DNA of 64,000 bases from Candidatus Woesearchaeota archaeon (GTDB lineage: Archaea; Nanobdellota; Nanobdellia; Pacearchaeales; GW2011-AR1), in assembly GCA_964608765.1 (NCBI GenBank), contig CAZSPD010000002.1, forward strand, positions 50,205-114,204, given 5' to 3'. A program made the translations under genes and the position numbers. Below, in pieces: positions 43,522 to 54,316 of the stretch (position 1 is its first letter; each line of letters begins with the position of its first letter). Under the pieces are notes generated by a model. The model saw only the letters and a list, made by a program, of their open reading frames with translations. It did no database searches and was not told the origin of the DNA.

Positions 43522-44202
43522 ATGAAAATAGCATCACTTTTTTCAGGTGGAAAAGATTCTGTTTATGCAACTTACCTTGCAAAAAAACAAGGACATGAAA
43601 TAGTCTGCCTTATAACACTTGATTCAAAAAATAAAGAATCTTATATGTTTCACACACCTAATATAAAAAGAGTAAGTGCTCAAGCAAAATCAATGGGTAT
43701 TCCTTTAATAATGCATAAAACCCTTGGAAAAAAAGAAGAAGAGCTCAAAGATTTAGAAAATGCAGTAAAAAAAGCAATAAAAAAATACAATATTAAGGGT
43801 ATTGTTGTAGGGACATTACACTCTAAATACCAAAACTCACGAATAGAAAAAATATGTGAAAATCTAGGTATAAAATGCATAAAACCTTTATGGGAAAAAC
43901 AAGAGATACCTTATCTTGAAGAATTAGTAAAAAATAATTTTAAAGTTATGATAGTTGGAGTGTTTGCATATCCTTTAACTCAATTGTGGCTTGGAAAAGT
44001 TATTGATAAAAAGTTTATAGAAGAAGTTAAAACACTCAATAAAAAATATCAATTACACCCTGCAGGAGAGGGTGGAGAATTTGAGACATTTGTTTTAGAG
44101 TGTCCTCTTTTTAAAAAACCTCTTAAAGTAAAATCATTTAAAGATTTTAAAGAAGGTGAAAATTCTTGGAGGAGGGAAATTCTTTTAAGTAAGGAGAATT
44201 AA
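43522..44202 (+). CDS. dph6: Diphthine-ammonia ligase-like PP-loop ATPase (MJ0570/Dph6 family)
   Basis: PP-loop SLFSGGKDS and the C-terminal HPAGEGGEFETFVLECPLF. Confidence 0.8.
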   Translation: MKIASLFSGGKDSVYATYLAKKQGHEIVCLITLDSKNKESYMFHTPNIKRVSAQAKSMGIPLIMHKTLGKKEEELKDLENAVKKAIKKYNIKGIVVGTLHSKYQNSRIEKICENLGIKCIKPLWEKQEIPYLEELVKNNFKVMIVGVFAYPLTQLWLGKVIDKKFIEEVKTLNKKYQLHPAGEGGEFETFVLECPLFKKPLKVKSFKDFKEGENSWRREILLSKEN

Positions 44203-44210
44203 AGAATATT

Positions 44211-45404
44211 ATGAAAATATTTAAATTTCTAAAGGATTTGTTTAAAGAAGAAGATGAAAAACCAATAGAAAATGAAAAAAAAGAAGTAAAATTCTCTGAA
44301 TTAATGGGATTATTAGAAGATAAAATTAAAAGTATAAAGGAAAAAGAACAAAAATTAATTCTAGACATAAACTCAAAAATAGATGAATTTGTAGAAGAAT
44401 TAAAAGAAAAAACAAAAAATGCTGAAAGTGTAGATGTAGAACAAAAAGAAAAAAACGAAAAAATTAAGTCTGTTGTATATGAAGGAAGAAAAAAATACAT
44501 AGAGTTTATTGAAAGACTTATTGACAATTTAGAAGAACACAAAGATATTGAAGAGTTTAGTAAAAAAATAGAAAATATTAATTCTTCTTTTTCTAAATTT
44601 AATGAGAACTCTTTTAAGAGCTATGAAAGAGCAACAATCTTAATTGGAAAAGAAATGGGTCTAATAAAAGAATCTCTGAAAAAGTTTTCTAATGAAATTT
44701 TAAATATATTTAATGAAAATAAGCACATAATTACAGATTATGGAGCAATAAATACGATTCAAAATACTTATCATGAAATAAAAGATATAGAAGAAAAAAT
44801 TGAAAATATGAATAAAGAAATAAAAGAACTAACTAATAAAATAAAATCAAGTGAACAAGAAAAACAGAAGATTGAAGATGAAATTGAAAAAGTGAAAGAC
44901 AGTAAAGAGTATATTGAAAATATAAAAATACAAGAAGAAATAAAATCAAAGGAAGAAAAAATTAAACAACAAGTCTCAGAATTAAGGCAATTAATTGACT
45001 TTAAATCACTATCTAACTTTTTCCATATATTTGAGGATAAAATGGAGATTATAAAATCTTATAGAGATAATTTTAGCAGTGAGTTTAATTACAAGGAAGA
45101 TAAGCTTGTTAAATTATTAAATGAATCTAATCTAAATAATCAAAACATAACTAACAAAATAAATGAAATAACTATCAATGAAAGCCAATTAAAGGAAAAA
45201 AGATTAAAAGTAAAAGAAGATGAAACAAAAGAACTTAATTCAAATGTAGATAGTGTAAGAGATAGAATAGAAAGCTTAAAGAAAGAAAAGGAATGGAAAA
45301 CAAAAAATATTGAAAAACAAAAAGAGAGCTTGGAGATTAATTTTAAAAAAATAGAAAAAGAAGCTAAAATTATTAATATTAATTTAAATCTTAAAGATAA
45401 TTAA
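44211..45404 (+). CDS. Long coiled-coil K/E-rich protein
   Basis: 397 aa dominated by heptad-like K/E/I/N sequence. The antisense ORF at 44147-44542 is an artefact. Confidence 0.55.
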   Translation: MKIFKFLKDLFKEEDEKPIENEKKEVKFSELMGLLEDKIKSIKEKEQKLILDINSKIDEFVEELKEKTKNAESVDVEQKEKNEKIKSVVYEGRKKYIEFIERLIDNLEEHKDIEEFSKKIENINSSFSKFNENSFKSYERATILIGKEMGLIKESLKKFSNEILNIFNENKHIITDYGAINTIQNTYHEIKDIEEKIENMNKEIKELTNKIKSSEQEKQKIEDEIEKVKDSKEYIENIKIQEEIKSKEEKIKQQVSELRQLIDFKSLSNFFHIFEDKMEIIKSYRDNFSSEFNYKEDKLVKLLNESNLNNQNITNKINEITINESQLKEKRLKVKEDETKELNSNVDSVRDRIESLKKEKEWKTKNIEKQKESLEINFKKIEKEAKIININLNLKDN

Positions 45405-45440
45405 AATAAAGAAAATTTATATATCCTTAAAATTTAATAA

Positions 45441-45698
45441 ATGAATATGAAAAAAAGAGTGATGTCTAAACAGGAAAAGAGAAAAATAGGAAAGATAATA
45501 AATAAATTTATAGAATTTGGAAATAAAAAATCAGTTTTTTGGTCAATAATAATATCCACTATAATTTTAACACTATTAGCAATAATAATTAGTATTAAAG
45601 ACAAAAATATTATTAGAATTTTAGGGGCTACTTGGATTATTGAATCAGTTTACATTTGGATATATCTTGAAACTAAAAAAAGATATAACTTCAAATAG
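45441..45698 (+). CDS. Small two-TM membrane protein
   Basis: 85 aa, basic N-terminus, two hydrophobic segments. Confidence 0.4.
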   Translation: MNMKKRVMSKQEKRKIGKIINKFIEFGNKKSVFWSIIISTIILTLLAIIISIKDKNIIRILGATWIIESVYIWIYLETKKRYNFK

Positions 45699-45746
45699 AA
45701 TTGAACCCTTCAAATAGTTTATAAATAAATTCCTTTTAATTTAATT

Positions 45747-46370
45747 ATGGATGAAAACCATTTTATGTTAATTTCACTTGAAGATTCAAAATCAAAATCT
45801 ATTTCTGAAGTACTAGGTAGCAAAACATGCAAAAAGATAATTGCTTATTTAAGTGATAAGAAAGAAGCAAGTCAAAAAGATTTATCTGATGCACTGAATA
45901 TTCCATTAAATACACTTGATTATAATATTAAAAAACTTCTTAAGTCTGGTTTTGTCCAAAAGAAAAAAGAATTTTTTTGGAGTAAAAAAGGAAAGAAAAT
46001 AATTATGTATGAATTATCAAATAAATCAATTGTAATTTCTCCAAAAAAACCAACTTCTCAAAAATTAAAATCAATTATTCCTGCATTTATTTTAACTGCT
46101 GTTGGAACATTTGCAGTTTGGACATATGAAAAAATAAGATATGCTGCAAACTATTCTATGGAAAATATTCAACAACCTGCTTTAGATTATGTTGCAAGAG
46201 AATCACCTGAAATACTTTCAAAAGGAGCAGGTGCTGCTTCCTCAACTGTATCCTCATCTAGTTATACCTCTTTAGCAGCATCTTCTCCCATATTAATTTG
46301 GCCTTGGTTTTTAATAGGTGCACTTCTTGTAACATTCATATTTTCAATTATAAATTGGAAAAAACTTTAA
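45747..46370 (+). CDS. ArsR-like wHTH regulator with C-terminal TM anchors
   Basis: ISEVLGSKTCKKIIAYLSDKKEASQKDLSDALNIPLNTLDYNIKKLLKSGFV, plus two C-terminal TM helices. Confidence 0.6.
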   Translation: MDENHFMLISLEDSKSKSISEVLGSKTCKKIIAYLSDKKEASQKDLSDALNIPLNTLDYNIKKLLKSGFVQKKKEFFWSKKGKKIIMYELSNKSIVISPKKPTSQKLKSIIPAFILTAVGTFAVWTYEKIRYAANYSMENIQQPALDYVARESPEILSKGAGAASSTVSSSSYTSLAASSPILIWPWFLIGALLVTFIFSIINWKKL

Positions 46371-46388
46371 TAAATAAAGCAAAGACAG

Positions 46389-47183
46389 ATGAAAGGGGGT
46401 AAAAACAAAAAACAAATGGGAAAAAACAATGGAATAATAATAACATCTATAATTGGCGTAGTTGTGTTAATTGTATCTATTCTTGCTTTAACTACATTTA
46501 ATTCTGCTATTCCTTCTGGAAAAGATAGTGTTACAGTTCAAGGAACTTCAACAATAAAAGCAATGCCAGACTTAGTTTCAGTGTATATAAATATACAAAC
46601 AAATGGAACTACTAGTGCTAAAGCAACATCTGAAAATACTAAAATATACAATAAACTCTTAGAAGAATTAGTTGTTGCAGGGTTTAAAGAAGGGAGCTTA
46701 AAGACAGAAAGTTTCAGTGTATATGAAAATACTTACTGGGACTCTAAAGAAGATAAAAGCAAAAAAGATGGATATATTGCAAACCATTACTTAAAGGTTG
46801 AACTTGATGCAGATGAAATGAATAGAGTTTCAAATGTAATTGATGCTACAGTAAATGCAGGAGCAGGGATAAGTTACATTAATTTTGAACTTAGTAAAAA
46901 GTCTCAAAATGAGTATAAAGCACAAGCATTGAAAGAAGCTTCAAAAGATGCAAAAATAAAAGCAGAATCTATTGCCTCTGGGTTTGACTTGAAAATAGGA
47001 AAACTTCTTTCAGTTCAAACAAGTGACTTTGGATACTATCCTTGGAATGTTTACACTGCTAGAAGTGCAGGTGGAATGGATATGGCAGAAGATGCTGTAA
47101 TGATGAAATCATCTGTAATGGGAATGGAGCCAGGTGAAGAAGAAGTTTATGCTTCAATAACTGCTACATTTAAGATGAAATAA
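46389..47183 (+). CDS. SIMPL/DUF541-domain protein, signal-anchored
   Basis: VTVQGTSTIKAMPDLVSVYINIQT...SAKATSENTKIYNKLLEEL and the later KAQALKEASKDAKIKAESIA follow the DUF541 pattern. Confidence 0.7.
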   Translation: MKGGKNKKQMGKNNGIIITSIIGVVVLIVSILALTTFNSAIPSGKDSVTVQGTSTIKAMPDLVSVYINIQTNGTTSAKATSENTKIYNKLLEELVVAGFKEGSLKTESFSVYENTYWDSKEDKSKKDGYIANHYLKVELDADEMNRVSNVIDATVNAGAGISYINFELSKKSQNEYKAQALKEASKDAKIKAESIASGFDLKIGKLLSVQTSDFGYYPWNVYTARSAGGMDMAEDAVMMKSSVMGMEPGEEEVYASITATFKMK

Positions 47184-47253
47184 ATTTAATTTATTTTTTT
47201 TATTTTTTATTTACTTTATTAAGATTTATAAACAAAAATTTTCTAAAATATAG

Positions 47254-48051
47254 ATGAAAGGTGAAAAAATAATAGAGGTAGAAAACCTAGTTAAAAAATT
47301 TGATAAGCTTGTTGCTGTAAACAATATTTCTTTTGATGTAAAAGAAGGAGAAACATTTGCATTTTTAGGACCAAATGGTGCAGGAAAAACAACTACTATA
47401 AAAATACTTACTACTCTTTTGCGTCAGACATCAGGAGAAGTAAAAATAAATAATTATCCTATTAAAGACACAAATAATATAAGAAAATCCTTTGGGATAG
47501 TTTTTCAAGATCCTAGTTTAGATGATGAATTAACTGCAATAGAAAATTTAGAGTTTCATTCTGCACTTTATAGAGTTCCAAAAAAAATAAGAAAAGAAAG
47601 AATATTGGAACTTCTTAAATTAGTTGATTTACATGAAAGAGGAAATGATTTAGTAAAAACATTTTCAGGTGGAATGAAGAGAAGACTTGAAATAGCACGT
47701 GGTCTAATACATCATCCAAAAATATTATTCTTAGATGAACCTACACTTGGATTAGATGCGCAAACAAGGAATTTTTTATGGGAATATATAAAAGAATTAA
47801 ATAAAAAAGAAAATACAACTGTATTTCTAACAACTCACTATCTTGAAGAAGCTGAAAAAATAGCAGATAGAATAGCAATTATTGATCATGGTGAAATAAT
47901 TAAAATTGGAAGTGCAAAGGAAATAAAAGAAGATACAAAATCAAAAGACCTTGAAGAAGCTTTTTTAAAACTTACAGGATATAAAATAAGAAGAGAAGAA
48001 GCAGACCCTAAACAAAGGTTAAGGATGAAGCATAAACGGAGGGTTAGATGA
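47254..48051 (+). CDS. ABC transporter ATP-binding protein (ABC-2/DrrA type)
   Basis: Walker A GPNGAGKTT, signature FSGGMKRRLE, Walker B ILFLDEPTLGLD. Confidence 0.9.
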   Translation: MKGEKIIEVENLVKKFDKLVAVNNISFDVKEGETFAFLGPNGAGKTTTIKILTTLLRQTSGEVKINNYPIKDTNNIRKSFGIVFQDPSLDDELTAIENLEFHSALYRVPKKIRKERILELLKLVDLHERGNDLVKTFSGGMKRRLEIARGLIHHPKILFLDEPTLGLDAQTRNFLWEYIKELNKKENTTVFLTTHYLEEAEKIADRIAIIDHGEIIKIGSAKEIKEDTKSKDLEEAFLKLTGYKIRREEADPKQRLRMKHKRRVR

Positions 48052-48797
48052 AAGGGCCAGTATACATAATGTGGATAAGGCAACTTAAAAGAACTTGGCG
48101 TTCTAAACCTCGTCTTATAGGTTCTCTTGCACAGCCTTTATTATTTTTAATTGCACTGGGTTTTGGATTTGGCCCAGTATTTGAAAAAGCAGGTGGTGGA
48201 AACTACATTGATTTTCTTTCTCCTGGAATAATTGGTATGACTATTCTTTTTAGTTCAATGTTTTCAGGGATGGAAGTTCTTTGGGATAAAGAATTTGGGT
48301 TTTTAAAAGAAACACTTGTAGCACCTGTCTCAAGATGGAAAATTATGTTAGGTAAAACTCTTGGAGGGGCAACTGTGTCATCGATACAAGGACTAACTGT
48401 ATTTTTATTTGCATTAGCAATAGGATTTAGGCCATCAAGTATACCTTTTGTTTTTGTTTCATTTATTTTTATGTTCCTTCTTGCAATGCTTTTCACTTCT
48501 TTTGGTGTATCAATAGCATCTAAACTCGAAGATATGCAAGCATTTCCAATAATAATGAATTTTATAATAATGCCCTTATTCTTTTTATCTGGAGCCTTAT
48601 TTCCTCTAGAAAATCTCTCAAAAGCACTTTCAATAGTAATAAAACTAAATCCACTTTCTTATGGTATTGATGCAATAAGGCAGACACTAACTGGAGTTGG
48701 AAGTTTCAATATATTTTTAGATTTAGGAGTAATGCTTGGAGCAACAATTATAATGTTGCTTATTGGGACAAGATTATTTAATAGAATAGAAGTTTAA
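48048..48797 (+). CDS. ABC-2 type transporter permease
   Basis: 249 aa with six predicted TM segments. 4-nt overlap with the ATPase gene. Confidence 0.85.
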   Translation: MKGPVYIMWIRQLKRTWRSKPRLIGSLAQPLLFLIALGFGFGPVFEKAGGGNYIDFLSPGIIGMTILFSSMFSGMEVLWDKEFGFLKETLVAPVSRWKIMLGKTLGGATVSSIQGLTVFLFALAIGFRPSSIPFVFVSFIFMFLLAMLFTSFGVSIASKLEDMQAFPIIMNFIIMPLFFLSGALFPLENLSKALSIVIKLNPLSYGIDAIRQTLTGVGSFNIFLDLGVMLGATIIMLLIGTRLFNRIEV

Positions 48798-48901
48798 AAA
48801 TTATTAATTATTTAGTTATTATATAATAATACTGAAAAGGTTTATTCTCTAAGATATTGTTAGTTAATATAAGGCTAATAATATGAAGGCATATTAAAGG
48901 A

Positions 48902-50584
48902 TTATCTCCCTCCGCCTCCACCACCACCTACTCCTCCGCCTCCTGCTCCGCTGAATCCTCCTCCACTTCCCCCGCTTCTTCCTGCTCCAGGAGAACTAAA
49001 AAAAGATGTTCCAAAAAATGAGCCCTTTGATATTCCAACATAAATTCTAGTCTGGTGTTCACTAATTAAGTTGTTTAATTTAAGTTCTTTGATTACTTTA
49101 TCTGGGACACCTAGAGCAGTTGCATAAATAAGATATTGATTCCATATTATAACTGTCTTATGTGTAGCAGTCTTTATTGAAAATGAATTTTTAAGGTATC
49201 TCTTAAATGCTTCCCATTTTTGATATTCTATATAGTGTTCTCCTTTAAACCTTGAAAATATTGCATTATTAAAAGAAAAAACAAATATTATAAGCATCAT
49301 AATAAAATAAGGAATAAAGATAAGATTTGGGAGTATTCCAGATTCAAGGATCCAAGATAATGGTAAAAAAACTAAAAATATAAGAAAAATGTATAAATAC
49401 GTTTTATTAAGGCTATAAATATATTCTTTTCCTTTATTTTCAACCTTTTCTTTAAGATTTTTATAGCTATCTAATAAAGGCTTATTTAGAGTGTTTCTGT
49501 AGTAGAAACTATTTGTAAACCCTTTTAGATTAAAGTATTCTCCATCTAAATATTTTGCATCTTTATCTTTTCTTATACTTGATTGTGTAATCTTTAAAAT
49601 TTCATAAATATTTTTTTCAACTTCATCTCCTTTAAATTCATTTAATTTTATGAACACTTCTTTTCCTTTTTCTTTTATTTCAATTACTTTTTCATTATAA
49701 AACTTCAAAAGCACAGAAGAAAAAACATTTTTATCTAATACAGCTAAAGGAAGGTTAAAATAAGTTGAAACTTCCCATGCACTTCTTTCACTAGGAAATA
49801 CACTTATTTCTTTAGGAATATCTTCATAAGCTCTTTCTTTCCCAGTGAAAAACCACAATCCAAAAACTAAAAGTCCTGGTAAAATAGAGAAGAGTATTTT
49901 AAGAAATGAAAATCCAGAATCAAATTTAAAATTTGTTTGCTCAATAATATTAAATCCAGATATTCCTCTGTTATATGGAATGTACAAGATAACATCTTCA
50001 TTTGAAACATATCTTTTCTTTTTTACAATATCTTGGTTAACTATAAAATTATTGGGGTTTAAATTTTTGTGATTATTTGAAGAGTAAGCTATAAATTTAA
50101 TATAGTATTTTCCATTAATTAAAAATAAATTTTCTGGATACAAGACGTACTCTGAACTAACAGTGTAGTCTTCTCCCTTAAAGAATCCAAAAATACTCCC
50201 AAAAGAACACCCGTATTCATTTGAATCAGTGTAAGCGTAATTTTCAGGATAAGCTTTTCCGCGATAGTCTTTAAAATAATTATTTCCATGAGAGCAAGTT
50301 ACACTTCTAATAAGAATGTAATTTTTTGAATTAATATTTGGTTCATTAAAGGAATATATTTGATTTTCAAAATTTCTATATAAAGTGTGGTAAGGTTTAT
50401 TTGGTTTAAAGTGCAATTCTTCATGTATATTCATTCCATCAGCTGTAATCTTAGATGAATAAAAATTAAAACTAGTGTTTCCACCCCAAGTTAAAATAGC
50501 TAATCCTCCTAAAATAAGAATAAGTGTAATTGATAAAATAACAGGTAGTTCTGGATTTACAGTAATTCCTTCAAATTTAGACAT
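48902..50584 (-). CDS. DUF2207-like membrane protein with a poly-Gly C-terminal tail
   Basis: N-terminal TM, large extracytoplasmic domain, central TM cluster and a C-terminal GAGRSGGSGGGFSGAGGGGVGGGGGGG tail, typical of DUF2207. Confidence 0.65.
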   Translation of the reverse strand: MSKFEGITVNPELPVILSITLILILGGLAILTWGGNTSFNFYSSKITADGMNIHEELHFKPNKPYHTLYRNFENQIYSFNEPNINSKNYILIRSVTCSHGNNYFKDYRGKAYPENYAYTDSNEYGCSFGSIFGFFKGEDYTVSSEYVLYPENLFLINGKYYIKFIAYSSNNHKNLNPNNFIVNQDIVKKKRYVSNEDVILYIPYNRGISGFNIIEQTNFKFDSGFSFLKILFSILPGLLVFGLWFFTGKERAYEDIPKEISVFPSERSAWEVSTYFNLPLAVLDKNVFSSVLLKFYNEKVIEIKEKGKEVFIKLNEFKGDEVEKNIYEILKITQSSIRKDKDAKYLDGEYFNLKGFTNSFYYRNTLNKPLLDSYKNLKEKVENKGKEYIYSLNKTYLYIFLIFLVFLPLSWILESGILPNLIFIPYFIMMLIIFVFSFNNAIFSRFKGEHYIEYQKWEAFKRYLKNSFSIKTATHKTVIIWNQYLIYATALGVPDKVIKELKLNNLISEHQTRIYVGISKGSFFGTSFFSSPGAGRSGGSGGGFSGAGGGGVGGGGGGGR

Positions 50585-50608
50585 TTGTTATTTTCACCTA
50601 TTTTATTT

Positions 50609-51754
50609 TTATTTACTTATTTTCTCTAGTGAGAGTGTTTTTTCTTTTCCTGTAATCATATCTTTAATTTTAAATTTTCCACTTTTAACTTCTTTATCTC
50701 CTATAAAAATAACTTTATTTATTTTCCAAGAATTTGCATATTCTAATGCTTTAGAAGGTTTTCCATAATAAATAGAGACACTCTCTCCTTTTTTCCTCAA
50801 TACATCTGCAATAGCAATTGTTTCTTTATCTTCATCTAAAGAAACTAAAAGAATACTATCTTTTGTATAATTAAAATTAGCTAACATAGAGAGCCTATCT
50901 AATCCAAAACTAATTCCTGTACACTGAATTCCATTAAATTCATAACTTCCACCTCCGCAAATAGTTTCTTTCATCTTACTTGTTTTTATTTCAAATACAG
51001 TTCCATTATAGTAGCTTAAACCTCTTGCAAGTGAAGGTAAAAATTCAGCTTTAATCTTGTACATTTTTAGATAATCACTAAATTCTTTAACCTCTTTATA
51101 AGATTCATATTTAGAAAAATAATTTTCAGGTTTCTTAAATATTTCTAATATTTCTTCAGCATTATATTTTTTTAAATTTTGTTTAACATCTGCTTCAGGA
51201 AGTTTGTCTAATTTATCTATTTCTTTAATAATTTTTATTTTATCTCCTTCTTTAATATCTTTTTTTTGGAGTATTTCATTAAGTAATTTCCTATTATTAA
51301 AATAAATAATTGGTTTTACACCTATTTTATCAAAGATTTCTTTTGTAAGTGCAATAATGTCTGCTTCATCTTTTATTTTGCTTCCAATAACATCAACATC
51401 ACACTGAGTAAACTGCCTAAATCTATTTGCTGTAACTGGCTCATCTCTAAAAACTTCCCCAATCTGATATCTTCTATAAGGTAGTTTTTTACCTTTCATT
51501 AATCTCTTAATTTGAAAAGTAAATTCATATCTTAAAGCTAATTCTCTTTTACCTCTATCTTTTAATTTGAAAATATCTGAAACAGCTTCATCTTGTTTAT
51601 TTTCTCCTTGAACAAATTCCCTATACTCTATTAAAGGAGTTTCAGCTGGTTCAAAACTATATCTTTCAAAGGTATCCACTAATATTTTCCTTATTTCTGC
51701 TCTCTTACAGGCTTCTTCTCCTGTATAATCTCTAAATCCTTTTACTGTTTCCAT
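50609..51754 (-). CDS. hisS: Histidine--tRNA ligase (class IIa), short form
   Basis: VKGFRDY, LALRYEFTF, RRYQIGEVFRDEPVTANRFRQFTQCDVDVIG (motif 2) and GGGSYEF (motif 3), with a C-terminal anticodon-binding-like domain. 381 aa. Confidence 0.8.
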   Translation of the reverse strand: METVKGFRDYTGEEACKRAEIRKILVDTFERYSFEPAETPLIEYREFVQGENKQDEAVSDIFKLKDRGKRELALRYEFTFQIKRLMKGKKLPYRRYQIGEVFRDEPVTANRFRQFTQCDVDVIGSKIKDEADIIALTKEIFDKIGVKPIIYFNNRKLLNEILQKKDIKEGDKIKIIKEIDKLDKLPEADVKQNLKKYNAEEILEIFKKPENYFSKYESYKEVKEFSDYLKMYKIKAEFLPSLARGLSYYNGTVFEIKTSKMKETICGGGSYEFNGIQCTGISFGLDRLSMLANFNYTKDSILLVSLDEDKETIAIADVLRKKGESVSIYYGKPSKALEYANSWKINKVIFIGDKEVKSGKFKIKDMITGKEKTLSLEKISK

Positions 51755-51771
51755 TTTCTATCTTTAGTAGC

Positions 51772-52185
51772 TTATTTTGAGTTCTCTAACTTTACTACAA
51801 GTTTTTCTATTTTTTTCTTTATTTTCTTAATTCTTTTTTCTATTAAAGCTTTGCTTGAGTCACTAAAAACATCTCTTATTTTCCAAACTATAATTTTTCC
51901 AGTATATCTTTCATAATTAAAGATATTTTTTGGTACATTATTTGCAACAATCACCACTAAATCAATTTTTCTTAGTAAATCAGTTGTTATTGTCTTAGGT
52001 TTTCCTTGTATATTTACTCCATTTGATTTTGCTATTTTAACTTCGCCCTTGTCTAAGGGGTAGTGTCCTTGAAGAATACCTCCACTAAAAACATTAATAT
52101 TTTTATTTTTATTTAATTTTTTAAAATATGCTTCAGCAACTCTGCTTCTAAAACGATTGTATTTACACACAAAAAGTATATTCAT
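51772..52185 (-). CDS. Low-molecular-weight phosphotyrosine phosphatase / ArsC-like
   Basis: N-terminal ILFVCKYNRFRS gives the CX5R(S) P-loop. Confidence 0.65.
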   Translation of the reverse strand: MNILFVCKYNRFRSRVAEAYFKKLNKNKNINVFSGGILQGHYPLDKGEVKIAKSNGVNIQGKPKTITTDLLRKIDLVVIVANNVPKNIFNYERYTGKIIVWKIRDVFSDSSKALIEKRIKKIKKKIEKLVVKLENSK

Positions 52186-52249
52186 TTTTCCCTCTTTTTC
52201 ATAATTTAAATAAGAAAAACTCCTATAAAAACTTTACACTTGATTAAAA

Positions 52250-53239
52250 TTACAAGATTCCTTCTTTTAGGAGGTCATCCCAAGATTTTTCTCCAAGGGC
52301 TACAAGTGCTTCCTTGAAGGTTATCAATGGTTTAGAATATCGTGCAAAATCATCTATTGCAATTCTTGGACAAGCTAATTCTACAAATGCATCTATATTA
52401 GAAAAATTAATTAGTTTATCAGGGGAAAATTCACTCATTGTTATTAAAACAATTTCTTTACCAGACTTTTCAAATTTATCTTTTAATATCTTATAATTTC
52501 CAAAGAAACTTTGTCCTTTTCTTGAACTTATAATTATTCCTATTTTTTTAGATTCTTTAAATTTCTCTAATGATAAAATTCTTTGTCTAATCATCTTATC
52601 TTTAAATTTTTCCATGTTTTTTATTTCATTATTATAAACATCAACTAAGAATACTGGTTTAGTAAGCGCAAGAGCTGCACCTGTAGAATGAAAATTATTC
52701 CCTAATATAATGAAACACTCTACATCTTTTTCAATTTCTTTTAATCCTAAGTATTGGCACCCTACAACTTGCCCTTCATAAAAAATATTCCCCTTTTTTT
52801 TAGAGAGAATTATTTTCTTACCATTATCTTCATAAAATTTAATTATTTCTTTAGTATCGTGAATATGCTGAACAGATAAACTTAATCCAATTTTTTTAAA
52901 ATTCTTTAATTCTTTAATTGATTTTTTAAGTAATTGTTCTAAATTTAATTCATCTTTTATAGGAATATAAACAACAGGAAAATCTACTTTCATAAATTCT
53001 GAATGTCCAAAGTGAACAATTAAATCTGCTCCTACTGCTTTAGCTTCATTAACTTCAACTGAACATCCTCCCCAGCAAGTTTCACCAGAAAATAAAACTT
53101 CTATATTTAAATCATTAAATAATTTAGATAATTTAAGAGAGTGTTGTTTGATTCCTTCTGGAAGTTGAACTAAAACTCGTTTAGGCTTTAATTTCTTTAG
53201 TTCTTTAGTTAGTCTTTCAGTTTCAAAATCAAATACCAT
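52250..53239 (-). CDS. dph2: 2-(3-amino-3-carboxypropyl)histidine synthase (diphthamide biosynthesis Dph2)
   Basis: 329 aa with RVLVQLPEGIK near the N-terminus and conserved Cys positions (CWGGC, VVGCQ, ELACPR), as in archaeal Dph2. Confidence 0.8.
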   Translation of the reverse strand: MVFDFETERLTKELKKLKPKRVLVQLPEGIKQHSLKLSKLFNDLNIEVLFSGETCWGGCSVEVNEAKAVGADLIVHFGHSEFMKVDFPVVYIPIKDELNLEQLLKKSIKELKNFKKIGLSLSVQHIHDTKEIIKFYEDNGKKIILSKKKGNIFYEGQVVGCQYLGLKEIEKDVECFIILGNNFHSTGAALALTKPVFLVDVYNNEIKNMEKFKDKMIRQRILSLEKFKESKKIGIIISSRKGQSFFGNYKILKDKFEKSGKEIVLITMSEFSPDKLINFSNIDAFVELACPRIAIDDFARYSKPLITFKEALVALGEKSWDDLLKEGIL

Positions 53240-53243
53240 AAAA

Positions 53244-54206
53244 TTAATTTTTGCTCATCCAATCGTAAGCTGATTTTGCTGCAATTGCTCCTTGAGAAGC
53301 AGCAACTACAACCTGTTTCAATTTAGTACTAGTAACATCTCCTGCAGCATACACTCCTTCTACAGAAGTTTGCATGTCTTCATCAACTGAAATGAATTTT
53401 TCATCATCCATTTTTAAATTAAGATTTTTTGTAAATTCTGCAAGAGGGGTAGAACCAATTTCAACAAAAAGTCCATCTATCTTAATATCTAATTTTTTTC
53501 CTTTCTCTAATATTTTAAGTCCTTCAACTTTATTTTCCCCCAATACTTCTATAGGAATAGTATTATAAAAATACTCTACATTTTTTCGCTCACTGAGTCT
53601 TTTCCCAGTTATTTTTTCACATCTGAGGTTTTCTCCTCTATAAATAACATAAACTTTTTTTGCTATATCTGAGAGTGCAAGAGCAGATGTTGCTGAACAA
53701 TCACTTCCCCCTATTACTGCAACATCTTTATTCTTAAAGAAAAATGAATCGCATGTAGCACAATAACTTACTCCTCTTCCTAAAAATTTTTCTTCTCCAG
53801 GTATTTTTAATTTTCTTCTCTCTGTTCCTGTAGCAATTATTATGGATTTAGATTTAAATTCTTTATTTTTAGTTTTTACACTAAATAATGCTTCTTTATC
53901 AGAGATTTTATCTTTTTCAATTAAAAGAACTTCTTCTAAAATAAATTTTATAGGATATTTTGTTACTTGATTATAAAATTTTTTAACTAATTCAGGCCCT
54001 GAACCACAAAAACAAGGCCAATTTTCTATTCTAAGTATTGAGTTCACTGTTCCGCCTATATCCTTAGATAAAACACCTACCTTAAGCCCATTTCTTGCAC
54101 TATATAATGCAGCAGTTAAACCAGCAGGCCCTGCTCCTAAGATGAGTACATCATAGAAATTATCTTTTTTTGAGTTTTCTATTTGCTTCTCTGTTTTTTT
54201 ATTCAT
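53244..54206 (-). CDS. trxB: Thioredoxin-disulfide reductase
   Basis: FAD motif ILGAGPAGLTAALYSAR, redox-active CATCD, and the C-terminal GVYAAGDV. Confidence 0.9.
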   Translation of the reverse strand: MNKKTEKQIENSKKDNFYDVLILGAGPAGLTAALYSARNGLKVGVLSKDIGGTVNSILRIENWPCFCGSGPELVKKFYNQVTKYPIKFILEEVLLIEKDKISDKEALFSVKTKNKEFKSKSIIIATGTERRKLKIPGEEKFLGRGVSYCATCDSFFFKNKDVAVIGGSDCSATSALALSDIAKKVYVIYRGENLRCEKITGKRLSERKNVEYFYNTIPIEVLGENKVEGLKILEKGKKLDIKIDGLFVEIGSTPLAEFTKNLNLKMDDEKFISVDEDMQTSVEGVYAAGDVTSTKLKQVVVAASQGAIAAKSAYDWMSKN

Positions 54207-54262
54207 TTTTTTAGGTATTTTTATTGTTTTTTTTAATTTAGTTTAAACTTGGAACAAGGTTA

Positions 54263-54290
54263 TGTTGAGTGTTTGAAGGGCGAATGGAGG
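54263..54290. repeat. Distal copy of a 28-bp perfect direct repeat covering the tRNA-His 3' end plus flank
   Basis: TGTTGAGTGTTTGAAGGGCGAATGGAGG is identical to 54317-54344. The bases on either side of the two copies differ. Confidence 0.9.
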
Positions 54291-54316
54291 CTGAAATCTT
54301 ATTTCGCTAACCATTC

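Noticed and set aside
44147-44542. 131-aa minus-strand ORF opposite the coiled-coil gene
   Set aside because: It is the mirror image of a K/E-rich coding region (an S/F-rich translation). The plus-strand ORF continues for 397 aa.
48902-48990. Sharp GC-rich island at the 3' end of the DUF2207 gene, as a possible foreign insert
   Set aside because: It simply encodes the poly-Gly/Ser tail (GGN codons) that is characteristic of this family. It is in frame and continuous with the gene.
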